Shown in pieces: positions 1-14,410 of a DNA stretch of 64,000 bases. Position 1 is the first letter of the stretch. Every line of letters starts with the position of its first letter. Both the position numbers and the translations under genes were made by a program. Origin of the DNA: Paraspadella gotoi. Taxonomy: Eukaryota > Animalia > Chaetognatha. The notes beneath the pieces are model-generated. The model worked only from the letters and a program-made list of their open reading frames with translations. It did not search any database and had not been told where the DNA came from. The stretch lies in assembly GCA_051294375.1 (NCBI GenBank), contig CM119267.1:302371-366370 (forward strand). The letters run 5' to 3'.

Positions 1-2828
1 ACGAGGTCGACGTCGGTAGAGACGTCGGTCTCGCCGGCGGTTGGCGAGACGACGCCGCCGCCAACGGCGACCTCGACCTCTCCGGACTCGGTGCTGTCAA
101 ACCGGCGCCTCGACCGCGCCCCAAAGTCGGCGTCGCTTCTGGAGCGTCGCAGAGAACGTAGCGTCCATCGGAGTCGACGTCGACCCTCAAGTCTCTCGTC
201 TCTACGCCTCCTCCTCCTCCTCCTCCTCCTCCTACCGCCTCCTTTGCCAACTCCTTCCCCGTCTTCTTCACCATCTTCTTCGCAAAAGTCTTCTTGCTCA
301 ATCCGATGCCCATCGCAGCGTCGGCCGTGTCCACCAAATTCCCGAAGGCGTCAGAGGCAACGCCAGCGACGACAGCCGCTTCAGAGCCGTACTTGTAGTC
401 GACGATTTGGACCGTGGAGGATTTGACGCTGGACTGAAGGGGAGGGAGGAGAGAGGGAGGGAGGGGGAGAGAGAAAGGGGGTGAGGGAGTTTGAGGGAGA
501 GGGGGAGGGAGTGAGGGAGGAGAGGGAGGTACAAGAGGGGGAGGAGGGAAGGAGGAAAAAAGGGGAGGAGGTAGGGAGGAGAGGGGGAGGGAAGGAGAGG
601 AAGAGAGAGAGGAAGAAGAAGAGAGAAGTTTATTAAAGACTAATTTTTTTACTTTAAAATATAAAACGTCGCTGTGTAATGACGTAATATCACTACAAGG
701 TGAAAATGACTCTCCCTCCATATGATATCGCACTGGGCTTACGCTTGATATCTGAAACCAATGGTCACGGGTTCAAGCCCTGGTCTTGGTTAAACCACCG
801 GTAGCAAGCTTACCTATCTCGCGTGGCAACCAATAACCTACCTACTGACTAAAAATCCATTCCTTTCTCTTTCTTCTTCACCTTTAAAATCTCTTTAGCC
901 TCGTCCAATCCGGTGAAGACGACTCCGAGTCCCTCCAGACTCAACTTGACGATCCACTTGATCTGCGCCATGGTTCCGCCGCCGCCACCGCCGCCGCCGC
1001 CGACCCCGCCGTCTCCTTTCCCGAAGACCAGATGGGCCAATGACCTGCCAACGGCTCTGGCGGCGCCTCCCACCCAACCTTCCACCTTCTCCGCGGCCAC
1101 TTTGGTCACCCGCGTCCCTTTTTTGGCCAATTCGACCCCCTTGACCACCTTGGGGTCCACCTTCTTGCCCGGTTCCGGCTCCATGCGGCGCTGCGCCGCT
1201 TCCGCTCCTTTCTGCAGCCCGTACTCCGCAGCTTTGGCTCCCATCACGATTCCTTTGCCGATCAAGTCCGCGCCTTTGAGGACAGCCGTTTCCGCTGCGC
1301 TGCGGCTGCTGGGATCTTTTAATGCGGCAGCCGCGGAGGCGGAGCCAACGTTGCTGCTGTCTCCTTCGCGCCGCAGGACGCCGCAGGACTCGACGATGTC
1401 CTGCGGAGAAGATTGATTTGATTGATTAATTTGAATGATTTGATTGATTAATTTGTTGATTGATTGATTGATTGATTTATTGATCCATTGCTCAAGAGGA
1501 AGTTTGGAGTTTGGACGCTCTTATGTGAGTCGAGTTAAAGTCGGGAGCACGGGATCTTAATCCTGGGGTAAGTTAAACCTAGGGGAGAGGCCTGATTGGG
1601 CGCCACTGGGAAGATGGGTAAGTTCTGATTAGTCTCTCATCAGGTACAAGAGGTAAGTAAGGAAAAGTAGTCTAATAAGTTTAAAGTATAGTAATGACGG
1701 TTATTTACAAAATAAGAGAGAGGGGGATGGAGATTTCTTGTGCCCCGACTAGTGGATGGAGCCCGACTCTTCTTGACTCTTGGGTAGTCGGTGGGATGAG
1801 GTGCAGGGAATGACTTAAAGGGTGAAGATCAGCTTCGGGAAAAAAAGGAAGATGGCTTTTGGCGATAAACGGCCCTTTATCTTCCCCCACCCCTTTCTCT
1901 CAAAACCTTAAACATCTTCTTATTCGCTTCCGAGACTCCGGAGTCGAACACGATGGCCACCGAATGCCGATCCCCGCCGGAAACCGCATCCGGAAAAGTG
2001 AAGATCCCGGATGTAGAAAGAAAAACGGGAGATTTTCTCGGGATGAGAGGATAAGACCATTCGCCGTTTCGGACGACGAGGTAAGCGGCGGGGTGGTCGT
2101 CCGGTCCGAGCTCGTGATAAGTGGGGGATCGGAATATCTATAGGTTGAAAGGGAGGAAGGGAGGAAGGAGAGAGGAGGAAGAAGGAGAAAGGGAGGGAGG
2201 AAGAAGGGAGGGAGAAAAGGAGGGAGGAAAAGGGAGGAAGGAGAAAGAGGGCAGAAGGGAGGGAGGAAGAAGGAGAAAGGGAGTTAGGGAGAAGGGAGGG
2301 AGGAAGGGGAAGGAAGGAGAGAGAGGGGAGAAAGTAGGGAGGAAGATGGAGAAAGGGAGTAAGGGAGAAGGGAGGGAGGAAGGGGAAGTAAGGAGAGAGA
2401 GGGGAGATACTGTTACTCTGGTAGTGAATAAACGAGACTGTGAGAGAGAAAGTGTCGCAGAGTCTTGCTATGAAATTGGTACAACCAATATAAAAATTAT
2501 CCATTCATTTAATGATAATATTGATAATGTTATTATCTTGTAAGAGACCTTATTAGACCTTATTAGACCAACATAGACTGTCTCAAGTTCGGAGACAATA
2601 TTGCTTTTTTTTTTTTTAAAAAAAACAATTTTTATATATGTTGTACCCATTTAATTATGTTCTTCTGTCCTTCTCTCTTCTAATCTTTCTGTTTTTCTGT
2701 CTTTCTGTCTTTCTCTCTTCTAGTATCTCGTTTCTTATTCTCTTGGTTTTTAGGCTTGTCTATCGGTCGGTCAGTCTTGCTCCGTCTCTTTTTCACTCTA
2801 TTTCTTGCGTCAATCTATTTTCCCATCC

Positions 2829-2927
<99 letters not shown>

Positions 2928-3113
2928 AACCTGCAGGAACGTCGCCCCCGGCAATGTAGTCACAGCCCTTCCTTCTTTGTCGATGTAATACAAAATCACG
3001 CCGGATGGAATCGTCAGCAGAATTTCCGGCAGATCGAAATCCGGCGAAGTCGGCGCCGAGGGATAAATCGGCGCCGGAACGCCGGGTGGAGGAGATTCCA
3101 TGTGGACGTCCAT
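1..3113 (-). CDS. SPART: Spartin (SPG20) orthologue, 4+ exons, 3' end beyond window
   Basis: Phase-consistent GT-AG exons 3113-2931, 2137-1907, 1400-882 and 433-<1. Translation includes EILLTIPSGVILYYIDKEG, EWSYPLIPRKSPVFLSTSGIFTFPD (spartin WLYPL..SPVL...G.YMFPD motif), and a senescence domain (KGADLIGKGIVMGA...SLEGLGVVFTGLDEAKEIL; TVQIVDYKYGSEAA). Confidence 0.88.
725..850 (+). mobile_element. Degenerate tRNA-derived SINE-like fragment in spartin intron
   Basis: B-box-like GGGTTCAAGCCC preceded by a tRNA-like variable-loop segment (GGTCAC); no complete cloverleaf. Confidence 0.35.
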
Positions 3114-3514
3114 TGTTGATCCGAGATGATGTTGTCTTTGATGTAGATAATGCAGACGATGTAGCTGTAGTTGACAATGTTATTCCTAATTAGTCATTTA
3201 AATCACCTTCATTTTTGAAGGAAAACAGATACGTTTTTTTATTTTATGTTTTTATTTTGTTTTTGTTTTTTTGTTTTTTGTTTTTTGTTTTCTTTTAATC
3301 TTTCGCGGTTTAAGTAAATGGGAGGTTCTCCTTGATGTTGTAGCTGATGTACATCAACAGAAACGACTTGTTTCCTTTGTTTTGTTTTGTTTTTTTCTTT
3401 TTCGATTCTTTGTTTTGTCTTGTGTCGCCTATAATCTTTTTCGCGTCGACAAAAAAAAATTGAAAAAACAAAAGATAAAAACTAAAACTGAAAACTTAAA
3501 TTGAAAACTAAAGC

Positions 3515-3633
<119 letters not shown>

Positions 3634-3811
3634 TTGCCACCAATTAATCCTCAGATTTATCATTTTTCTCTTCTTGATGTCACGAGATTCAGTCAAATTC
3701 AGTTTCGTCTGAAACTTTTTCGAAATCGAAGAGAGAAAAAATCTTGAAACTTCTACAGTAAAACTCGTTTTTAACGGAAAATATTTTCTTTTACCAGCAC
3801 CGAAATTAAAT

Positions 3812-3867
<56 letters not shown>

Positions 3868-4600
3868 TTCGTCGTCGACATTGTCGATCAGTTATCAAGT
3901 TTCGAATAACTTTTTTATTTTCTTTATATTATCTTATTGGTTGATTATTAATGTTTATTATTAATTATTATTAATTATTAATTATTATTATTAATGTTCC
4001 TTTTTTTTCTGCCAGGGGGAAAACGAATGACGACGGCAAAAATTATCAGAGATGTTGCTTGGATTCTAGTTTTTGAAACTTATAATAAAAAATTTAGTAT
4101 TTTTAAATTTAAATTTGTTCAGGTTAAACTCTCGTTTTATTATTAGTTTCGTCTTCTGCCTTAAAAAAAATATTTTAATAATATTTTTTAAATATTTTTA
4201 AAATATTTTAAGAATATTTTTAAACTCGCTAAGTCTTTCCTTTTTTCTAAATCAGAGTAAATCCCTGATTTGAGTTTCGCCCAAAATAACTGTCTGGGTT
4301 TTAATTTTATGCATTTTTATCTGTAGCTTATTTGTTTAATAGTAGGAAATTTTCAGTATTATTTAAAGCATCAATAAAATAACGTTTATCAAAAACGAGC
4401 GAATTTTTGAAGATGAAGATGACGACGAAGAAAGACGCTTAAAAAAAACAACGCAAAATTAAAATAAAACATATTTTTAATGCTTATGTTGAGTTTTTTG
4501 CCTTATTTTTTAGTTCTTTCATTTTCGAGCAAGCAACTTCCAGATTCTCAGTTCGAAGCTTAACCTGCATGCCTAACTCCTTGACTGGGCTCGGCTAGGA

Positions 4601-4669
<69 letters not shown>

Positions 4670-4894
4670 ACAAAACAATAAATCATCGAGTTGTACGGAG
4701 TAGTGATAGAGCTCTTGAATAATAAACTATTTATTTTTAAAATATTTATTTACTTTTTTTTTACTTTTATTTTAAGTAGTTTGTAGCAGGATAATAAATA
4801 AAAATTGATGTAACTATTTCGTTTATCGATAGGATATGAATGGAAACTTAAATTTTTACTTGATCTGAATCGAATAGAATTCTCTCGGCCTTTC

Positions 4895-4969
<75 letters not shown>

Positions 4970-4989
4970 ATCACACACACACACACATC

Positions 4990-7900
4990 ATGACCACCTT
5001 GAACGCCTCGTTCCCCTTTGCCGCTCCAAACTTCCTTCATCACCTGGCGCCCTCTCATTCCTCGCCGAGAAAACGTTCGGCACCGGAAATGCGTCTAACG
5101 CCGCTAATTTTTCCGACAAGGCGCGATCGACCGGCGCGCGGCGCCTCTCTCTCCTCTCCGGACCTCGCTCTCGCCAATCCGGCGTCGTTTCTCTCCACTC
5201 AACTCCGTTCCATTCCCCGGCGCTCTTTTCGCAAAACCGGCGCTCTTTCGTCTTTACATCTCCGTCGCCCGACGTTGAAATTCCCGAAGTTGATCTGTTT
5301 TCGGCGGCGAGGCGGCGCTACAGGGAAAACATGGACGGCGTCGTCTTTGTGGATTATGAATCAAAGGTGTTATGTAGTTGGAAAAAGATAATTTTTAAAA
5401 TTGATAAATTAAGTTACTTTGTATTTTGATTTTTTATATTATTAGTTTTAATTATAATATTTCAATTAATTAGTCAAATCTAGTTTATTTAAATAAGAAA
5501 TTAATAAGTAAATTATTTTTTATATTTTATTTTGGTAAAAAATAATTAGCAACTTTAATATATTTTATTTTATTATTAAAAATATTATTGAATATTATTT
5601 TTATAATTAAATTTAAATATCAAATATTTTTTATTGTATTTTATCTTATTATAAATTATTTAAATTTATATCTTTTTTAGTTGCGCCGCGAGTACTCGGT
5701 CCGTCGGTCGGTTGGTATGTCGGTCCGTCGGTCTGTCCCTCTTACGTTAAAAATGCATATATTTTGGTCTATAGAGTTGGTGCTCATGTTGTTAAGACAG
5801 AAAACACCTCAAATCTAAGAGACTGCAAGCGCCGCCTTCAGGAAATTCTAAAACTATAAGAAATAAAAGACGGAATTTTGATGCAGTGCATGTCATAAAT
5901 ATATGGGCTAAGATAGTTATTGTAGTCATGTTATGTCACGTCATGTCATGTCACGTCATGTCATTCCACGAGAATACACGTGATAAAGCAGTCACTGCGG
6001 CGCAACACATTTGAATTACCCATCTTGTTATTTTTTTTTTTATTTTTTAACCATCAACTCACACCCCTACTCCACGCCTGTATTTTCTAAGCGTTCCTGG
6101 ACGGCGGGCGAAGTGTTGCAGTCCTCGGAGGCGGCGGCGGCATCCTTGGCGGAGCTGGGATTCCGCGCAGGGGATCGCCTCCTTATTTTCTCCGCCAACA
6201 GGCCCGAGTACGCCGTCGTCTGTTACGCCGCCTGGGCGTTGGGCGGCGTGGTAACGCCCGCCAACTCGTCGTACGTGGCGGCGGAATTGGAGGCGCAAGT
6301 AGGAGAGAGAGAGAGAGAGACAGAGAGAGAGAGACTTGACTTCTTTCTCAGATCAGCTTGATTCTCCACATTCCACTCCATTTTATTCTATTTTATTCCA
6401 TTCTATTCCATTCTATTCCATTTTAATCCCTACTATTCCATTCTATTCCATTTGATTCTATTCCATTCCACCCGCCCAAAATAAGGCTTCCTCCTCATTC
6501 GCTCGTTTCCTCGCTTGTGATCTCGACCGCCTCCCAACGGCGAAATCCGTCTTCGCCGTAAGTTCGTCCTTGGATCGTCTTATCGTTCTCGACGCCGACG
6601 ACGATTTCGTCCTTGACGACGCGACGACGACGACGACGACGACGCTGCGCGCGCTGATTCGCAGCGGCGGTGGCTCTGCAGCGGCGTTGCTGACGGCGCC
6701 GCCCGTGAATCCCGGCGTGGATGCGGCGTTCCTTCCCTTCAGCAGCGGAACTACCGGCGCGCCTAAGGGCGTCGTCTTGACTCACGCCAACGTCGTTGCA
6801 AATCATAGACAGATGAGATCAGAGGAATACGCCGTGGCTAGGAAAGGTTGTGGTTGGCTGTGGGTGGATTTGGTTGGCTGTGGGTGTCTTTGGTTGACTG
6901 TGGGTGGCTTTGGTTGGCTGTGGGTGGCTGTGGTTGACTGTGGGTGGCTGTGGGTGGCTTTGTTTGGTTGGTTGTGGTTGGCGATTATTATTGTGATGAT
7001 GATGTACAAGAAAAAAACGACATGATTATTTTTCACAGACGATTTTGGAAAATAATTAAAGAATAATTGATTGTAGTAATTAAATATTGACTGATAAAAT
7101 AACCCGAATCGCTGACTGACCGACTCAATGACTTAATTCAATCCTGATTGACTCACTGACTTACTGATTAGCTTACTCGTCTGATTGACTTATTAAATGA
7201 TTTATTGGATTGACTGATTAACGGATTCTTTTACGATTTGACTATCTGATTGACCGAGATTCTGATTGACAATATATTTATATGAAATTTAATTAAACGA
7301 ATATGAATTATTCTCTATCTCACAAACCAGGCGAATATCTCCTCGGCCTGCTTCCCTTCTATCACACTTACGGCCTCAGTATCCTCATGACAGGCGCCAC
7401 ATTAGCAGGCGCCTGCCTGGTGACCGTCCCCAGTTTCGAACCCGAATCTTTCCTGCGAATCACGCAAGATTACAAGATCCGGCTGTTGCACGTGGTTCCG
7501 CCATTGGCGATCTTCTTGGCCAAACATCCCCTCGTAGATAAATTCGACCTCTCTTCGGTGCAGACCCTCTTTTGCGGCGCGGCGCCGCTAAGTAAAGAAA
7601 CGGAGACTCTTTTGCGGCGCCGACTCGGTGATCTCGAGATCCGGCAGGGCTACGGCCTTTCCGAGACGACGGTGCTGACGATCGTTCCGGCAAAGCTCGC
7701 CGAAACCCGGCCAGGCTCGGTCGGCGTTCCTATTCCAAACACGAGACTGAAGATAGTGGATCCGGAATCCGGCGCGGCGCTGAGCGAAGGTGCCGAGGGA
7801 GAGATTCGTGCCAAGGGTCCGCAAGTGATGACGGGCTACTTGGGCGCGAGGTGAGCGGTCCGCTTTCTCGACGAAGAAGGTTGGTTCCGCATCGGAGACG

Positions 7901-8335
7901 TGGGCCGATTCGAAGACGGTCATCTCTACATCACGGATCGATTGAAAGAAATGATCAAGTATAAAGGACACGCCGTGGCACCTGCTTCGTTAGAGGCGTT
8001 GATCTTGACGCATCCAGATGTCGCCGACGTCGCCGTCATCGGCGTCAATGCCAGCGAGGACGTTGGCGAGACGCCAAAAGCCTTCGTCGTCCTCAAATCG
8101 GGCGTCAAGTTGATGGAGGATGAAGTGGAGACGTTCGTGGAAGGAAAAGCGTCGCCCTTCTCTTGGTTGAGAGGAGGAGTGGAGTTGTGGAGGAGATTCC
8201 CAAGTCGGCCTCGGAAAGATTTTGAGAAAAGTGTTGAGGGAGAGTGAGAGAGAGAGAGTGAGAGAGAGAGAGAGAGAGAGAGTGAGAGAGAAAGGGAGAG
8301 GTGAGAGAGGTTTAGAACGAACGAAGAAAGAATAG
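4990..8335 (+). CDS. Luciferase/4-coumarate-CoA-ligase-like acyl-CoA synthetase (ANL family), paralogue 1, 4 exons, with apparent sequencing frameshifts
   Basis: Exons ~4990-5366, 6092-6298, 6486-6846, 7331-8335. Motifs [13 protein letters not shown] (A3), LLPFYHTYG, CGAAP, RQGYGLSET (A5), GPQVMTGY, RIGDVG, DRLKEMIKYKG (A8), LRGGVE..GKILR (A10). Indels near 5245, 7850 and 8185-8215 break the frame. Confidence 0.88.
5677..6030 (+). mobile_element. Helentron/DINE-1-like non-autonomous element (family A)
   Basis: Subterminal inverted repeats GTTGCGCCGC...GCGGCGCAAC, an internal (GTCG/GTCC)n tract, and a core (GTTAAGACAGAAAA..CCTCAAATCTAAG.GACTGCAAGCGCCGCCTTC) shared with copies at 43980 and 45491. 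Confidence 0.65.
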
Positions 8336-8844
8336 ATTCGCTCCCAACATCTCTCTCCTCCTTTCGATCTCATAATCTTGAACTAAGAATCAAATTTAAT
8401 GACTGTCAAATGTTGAGTTGGGGCATCGAAAGCTTTCATAATTCATCCAATGGGTTTTTTTTGGTAATTTTATTTTAACATTCCACACCTACTTTTACTG
8501 ATGACAAATAGCATATTTCGTACTGTGATACTCTCCACTTTGGTTTCATATTGAAATCCCTGTCTACTCAATTATAACATTATATTGGTCGACTTAACTT
8601 TACGATAATTAGATCGAACAGGTTAACTTTGAACAAAAGAACAGTTTAGTTCAGCTTTGCTACTTGGCCTACTAATCAAGTTTATTCGATCCTCCCAGGC
8701 AAAAAGAAGTTTTCTGCGCGCTCTATCTCCTCTCTCTCTCTCTTCCTCTCTCCTCCTCTCTCTCTCCTTCGTCCTCTCTCTCTCGTCTCTCTCTCTCGCT
8801 CCGAGTGACACCGGTTTCCAGATTCTTACTCAAGTTCTCTTGCT

Positions 8845-8923
<79 letters not shown>

Positions 8924-9242
8924 CACACACACACCGGTTTCCAGATTCGTACTCAAGTTCTTCTGTTTAAATTGAATTCGTACTGGTTATATATTTATAT
9001 TTTAACTTCTTTTGTAAGGTATTTTTAATTTCTCTCGGTAATTCGTCGCATGCAAAAGTCACTTTTCTCCATTTTTATTTTTGTTAAATCTGTAATCAAT
9101 TTGTACTGACGATTGTATATTGTTGAAACTAAGAAAAAAGATTATTCTTTTCAAAAATTTAAATTACATTTTTTATTTTAGATTTTAACATTCCAAAAAA
9201 ATAAAAACGACAACAACCAACCAACAATAGCATAAAGAACAA

Positions 9243-12200
9243 ATGATGTTTCGCCCTTCGACTTTCGCCTCTCCGTTCTCTCGCCTCCTTAGCCCCTTTC
9301 CACGGCCTTTCGCTCGCGGCCTTCGCCCCTTGGCGTGCCTGAAGGGCTACGGACCGCCCTCTTCGCCGTTCCGCCCACTTCAGCCCCGATCCAACTTACC
9401 CTACCTGCCACCCTCGCGCCATCTAGTGTTCGCTTCTCTCGCCAACGACACTAGCGCCCCCGAGGAGGATGTCTTCAGCGTCGTCAAACGGTTTTACCTC
9501 CAACATTCAGATCAAGAAGTCTTTCTCAATTTTGAGACGAAACGAGCCTGGACGGCCAGGTTGGGTTAGGGGCTCGATTTGATTGGTTAATGTGGTTAAT
9601 TCGATCGGATTTTGATTGGGTAATCTGTCGATAAGGTTTTATTTAATTTAGTTATAATAATTTTTAGACAAAATAGAGTTTTATTTATATATATTTATAG
9701 TTATTTATATTTATAAACATATACGCTTTTCTTGTTTGAAACGATAGACCAAGATTTTTTTTAGAATTTTAAAATACAATAAAAAATTGAACACTATTTT
9801 TTTAAATTTTGAGTATTTTGTTTAACAATATTTATATTTTTAACTATGTATACATATTTTTGTTTTTTATCAAAATGATTTAATACATTATTTATTTTAA
9901 AGCTTAATTTTAAATCATATATATTTATATTAAAAAATTTTTTGTTGCGTTTTTAGATTAGTAACGAAATATTAAATTGTTCACAAACAAATCATATTAA
10001 TATTTTAAAAAATACACAAATTGACAATTAAAATATTTACAATAATAAATTATTTTAATAATTTTTTTATAAATGTTTTCATCAAATTATTAATTATTTG
10101 AAATTAAAAATTTAAGATGTTTTTTTTCATTTTCAATTTTAATCTTATATTTAATAATTGCATTAATTTCTCTTGATATTTCTTTATTTCTCCACATCAT
10201 ATCTTCATCAGGGCAGTGATCAATGCTGCAGAAAGCGTCGCCGTTGCCCTCTCTTCCATGGGTTTTTCACGCGGCGATCGCCTCTGCATTTTCGCGACAA
10301 ACTGCCCTGAGTTCGCCGTTACAGTCTTTGCCACATGGGCACTGGGCGGGCGTCGTTTCTTCCAGCCAACACGACGTTGATCGCTTCAGAATTAAAAGGA
10401 CAAGTGAACGATTCGGGTTCTACTTTTTGGCATGCACTAAGGTAAGGATTTATTTATATAGAGGGATGCAAGAAGCAGAATGATGATTGCAATGGATGCA
10501 ATGAAGCAGCATAAAGATGATAGATTGAATGGATGCAATGAAGCAGAATGATGGATTGCAATGGAGCGCAATGAAGCAGAATGATGCGATTGCAATGGAT
10601 GCAATGAAGTGGGTTTCAGGAAATAAAATCCATTACAATAAAGTGATCTTTTAGTAGTGAGGCAACAATAAAAATAAACTATGATCTGAATGCTATTTAA
10701 TGTAATGATGCAATATTGTCATAGAGAAGGATATAACCAAATAGGATGAAATAATATAGGATGCAATGAATTAGGGAATAATGAAGCGATATGCAGTAAA
10801 GTAGAATAGAGTAGTTGTATTCAATGAAGTGGGATCAAATAAAATGTAATTGTTCTACAGGATCTCATTAAGACTGCAGCTGAAGTTTTTCTGTGAAACA
10901 AATGAACTTCGACGACTCATAATTTGGATGCAGAAGTTGATGCTGGTAAATTCAAAATTGTCATATAAAAAGCTCATTTAAAAATAAAATGATTTATTCA
11001 TAATTACAATACCTATAAATAACATTTTTTAATATGTACAATATATACAAAGCAAAATTTTAGCTTTCTAATTATTTTTATGACATTTCAATTATTTCTA
11101 TCCTATTTTAGCGCCACCTGACATCATCAAAGACTCCATCTCCTCAGCTCCCTGATGGAGTTCGACTCGAGTCTCTACTCGGGTCCCCTGAGATCGACCC
11201 CTTCAACGACATCGCGGTGCTTCCCTACAGCAGTGGAACGACAGGATTGCCCAAGGGAATCATGCTCACCCATCACAATGTCCTTTCCGTTCAATACCGA
11301 AATTTTACACCCGATGTTCATAGAGAATATTAAAGGTCACCAATTAAAATTGTTGGTTTTTAAATCAAAAGAAACTACAGAATTACCCACTGTGAATTAA
11401 CCCGATCGCTTTCTTCCCTAAAACTCATCAATTTTCTTTATTTTCTTTGATTAGACTCTTACACTTTGGGCCTTCTTCCTTTCTTTGATTAGATTCTTAC
11501 ACTTTGGGCCTTCTTCCTTTCTTTGATTAGACTCTTACACTTTGGGCTATCTTCCTTTCTTTGATTAGACTCTTACATTTTGAGCCTTCTTCCTTTCTAT
11601 CATGGTTATGGCCTTTTCTACTTTTTTCTTTATTTTCTTTGATTAGACTCTTACACTATGGGCCTTCTTCCTTTCTATCATGGTTATGGCCTTTTCTACT
11701 TTTTTCTTTATTTTCTTTGATTAGACTCTTACACTATGGGCCTTCTTCCTTTCTATCATGGTTATGGCCTTTTCGTCATTCTTCTAAATGCGACCCTCCA
11801 AGGCAGCACCGTCGTGACTCTACCCAAGTTTGAGGCCAAAGATTTTCTCCAATCCATTCAGGTATTCTTAGTTTAATTCATCCAAACTTTTAAAAAGAAA
11901 TATATAAAAATAATTATTGTAAAAAAAAATATTATTAACGAACAATAAACCTTTTTTTTCATTAATCTATTTAAATGTGTAGGACTACAAGATGCCAACG
12001 CTTCCCCTGGTGCCACCGTTGGTTGTTTTTATGGCCAAAGATCCCATCATTGACGATTATGATCTTTCCTCAGTGAAAACCGTTTACTGCGCCGCTGCGC
12101 CGCTCAGCAAAGATACGGAACTGCAATTCCTTAAACGCCTTAAGGTGGATCGTCTCAGACAAGGGTGAGAGCAGTTTTAATTTCAAAGGATTAGTAATAT

Positions 12201-13160
12201 TAACAAGGATTTTTAACTTAAATTAAATGGTTAATGATTTTAAACTCAAATTAAATGGTTAATGATTTTAAACTCAAATTAAATGGTTAATGATTTTAAA
12301 CTAAAATTAAATGGTTAATGATTTTAAACTAAAATTAAATGGTTAATGATTTTGAACTCAGATTAACCTTGTGGTTCATCTTAGATACGGACTTTCGGAA
12401 AGCCTCATCAACTCGGCCGTCTCTAATCTTCCTGGTACATCCACCCCTGGATCATCGGGGATGATCTTTCCCAACACTAAACTCAAGATTTTGGACATCG
12501 AGTCCGGAAAGGAATTGGGTTACGGAGAAGAAGGAGAAATCTGTGTTCGCGGGCCTCAAGTCATGAAGGTATTTTATCATTTTGCCATTTTAATATCCTT
12601 TTTTTTATGAATTTTATTATAAATAAGAAATAGTTTGTTAATTATAACTCCATTTCTATTGCAGGGCTACTTGAACAATGAAAAAGCAACAGATGATTGC
12701 ATCGATGAGGACGGTTGGCTTCACACCGGAGACGTAGGCTACTTTGCTGAAGATCAAAACCTCTTTGTGACTGACAGAGTGAAAGAGCTCATCAAGTACA
12801 AGGGACATCAGGTCAATTGTCAACTTTGCAAGACATAGGAAAGCGGAATTGAAGTTTGCACGAGTCATTTCCGCTGATCAGGTCGCTCCCGCAACGCTGG
12901 AATCACTATTGCTGACCCACAAGGCCGTCGCCGACGCCGCCGTCATTGGTGTCCCGTCCGGTGAAGATGTTGGCGAACTTCCCAAAGCTTTCGTCGTGTT
13001 GAAGACAGACGCGAGTCACGTGACTGCGGAGGAAATCCAAGGATTTGTAAAGGAACGGACGTCGCCCTTTGGTTGGTTGCGAGGCGGCGTCGACTTTGTG
13101 GCTTCCATCCCCAAAGCTGCGTCGGGGAAGATCCTGCGGCGTCTGCTGCGGAATCAATGA
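9243..13160 (+). CDS. Luciferase/4CL-like acyl-CoA synthetase, paralogue 2, ~9 exons
   Basis: Exons ~9243-9559, 10211-10441, 10861-10945, 11112-11335, 11710-11861, 11983-12164, 12385-12568, 12665-12811, 12882-13160. Motifs [76 protein letters not shown] few indels in exons 2-3. Confidence 0.88.
11445..11770 (+). repeat. Tandem duplications of an intron acceptor plus exon start (TTGATTAG|ACTCTTACAC..., ~6 copies of unequal length)
   Basis: Direct repeats are visible; only the last copy continues into the rest of the exon. Confidence 0.85.
12215..12365. repeat. ~28-29 bp minisatellite (TTAAATGGTTAATGATTTTAAACTCAAA) x5
   Basis: Visible tandem copies in an intron of paralogue 2. Confidence 0.9.
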
Positions 13161-13344
13161 CGCAGCGTTGAGAATGAAAAATTGAAACAAATGTAATGAA
13201 ATATTATGTAATTGATGTGAACAAAGAAATTCGAATTGCATGTTTAGGCTTTCGTCTCAGAGGCCTATAGGGGAAAGCTGATTGTCTAACCATCGTTGGT
13301 TGTCAGTTCTTAAGAATTAGATCAATAACTATTAAAGAAACAAG

Positions 13345-14410
13345 TTTGAGCGGGCATTTAGCATTTAGCCGGATCTGCTTACAGCAGATTCCGGCTCGAT
13401 AATTCACTTAGTCGGTCCGTCGGTCAGCCACCACAATCTTGTCGGTAAGTCACTTATATCATCTCAGAACATCGAATTATAAAAAATTATGAAAAAAAAA
13501 CCGATGACACTTCGTACTTCCGTCCGTCCGTCTGTCTGACTGTCCATCCGTCCTCCCCCCTTAGCTTTGAACGCCATTAACTCATGAATAGATCGGGCGA
13601 TTGACTTAAAATTTTATACGTGGCTAGGAAAGTGTGTGATTCAGCTGGAAATCGAGTTTCGATGGAATCGTCCGAGTGGATATGAGTTTAAAACCTATTT
13701 CACTAATAAATTGATTTTTCTTTTTATATTAAATGTAAATGCGAGCTGCATTAATTAATCAATTAATTAATCAAGTAATTAGGCAATCAATCAATTTATC
13801 AATCAATCAATAAAAAAATTAATCAATTGTCGTCTGTGTTATCATCTTTTTCATCGCCTTCTTCCTTGACGTTGCTTTTGTCGTAGATGCGGATAAGATT
13901 AATCAATTATTTAATAAATTAATTAATGATTAATTACTGCTTATAATCCTGGGAAGATCCGGCATTGTTGGCTCAAACTTGATTTATGTGATAATTTTGG
14001 TGATAATGCAGTTAATGATGGTTAATGTTTTTATGGTAGTTGTGGTTGTTTCGGTGGTAGCATTTGTAATATTCGTTATAATTGTAGTAGTAGTTGCTGC
14101 AACATATATTTACATTCCACATAAAATTAAAAAATATCACATTAAATATTTAACGGTAATATGTTTTTTCCACCTAAACTCATTTCCACTCGGATAATTC
14201 CATCGAAACTTTATTTCCAGCTTAATCACATGTTTCTCAACCCAAAATTTCAAGTCAATCGCTGGATCCATTCATGAGTAATTAGCGTTCAAAGCTAAGG
14301 GAGGACGGACGGACGGATGGATAATTTATCATAATTTGATCTATTTATGGGGCGGACGGACGGACCGACGAAGTGAATTATAGAGCCGAGATCTGCTGTA
14401 GGCATTCCTT
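13345..14410. mobile_element. Two oppositely oriented copies of a (GTCC)n-containing DINE/HINE-like repeat (family B) at ~13345-13625 (+) and ~14240-14410 (-)
   Basis: CAGCAGATTCCGGCTCGATAATTCACTTAGTCGGTCCG and CTTAGCTTTGAACGC...TGACTTAAAATTTT at 13.4-13.6 kb match reverse-complement blocks at 14.25-14.40 kb. Confidence 0.55.

Noticed and set aside
11445-11770. CRISPR-like repeat array (also 12215-12365, 56200-56830)
   Set aside because: No unique spacers, eukaryotic context and no cas genes; these are tandem repeats.
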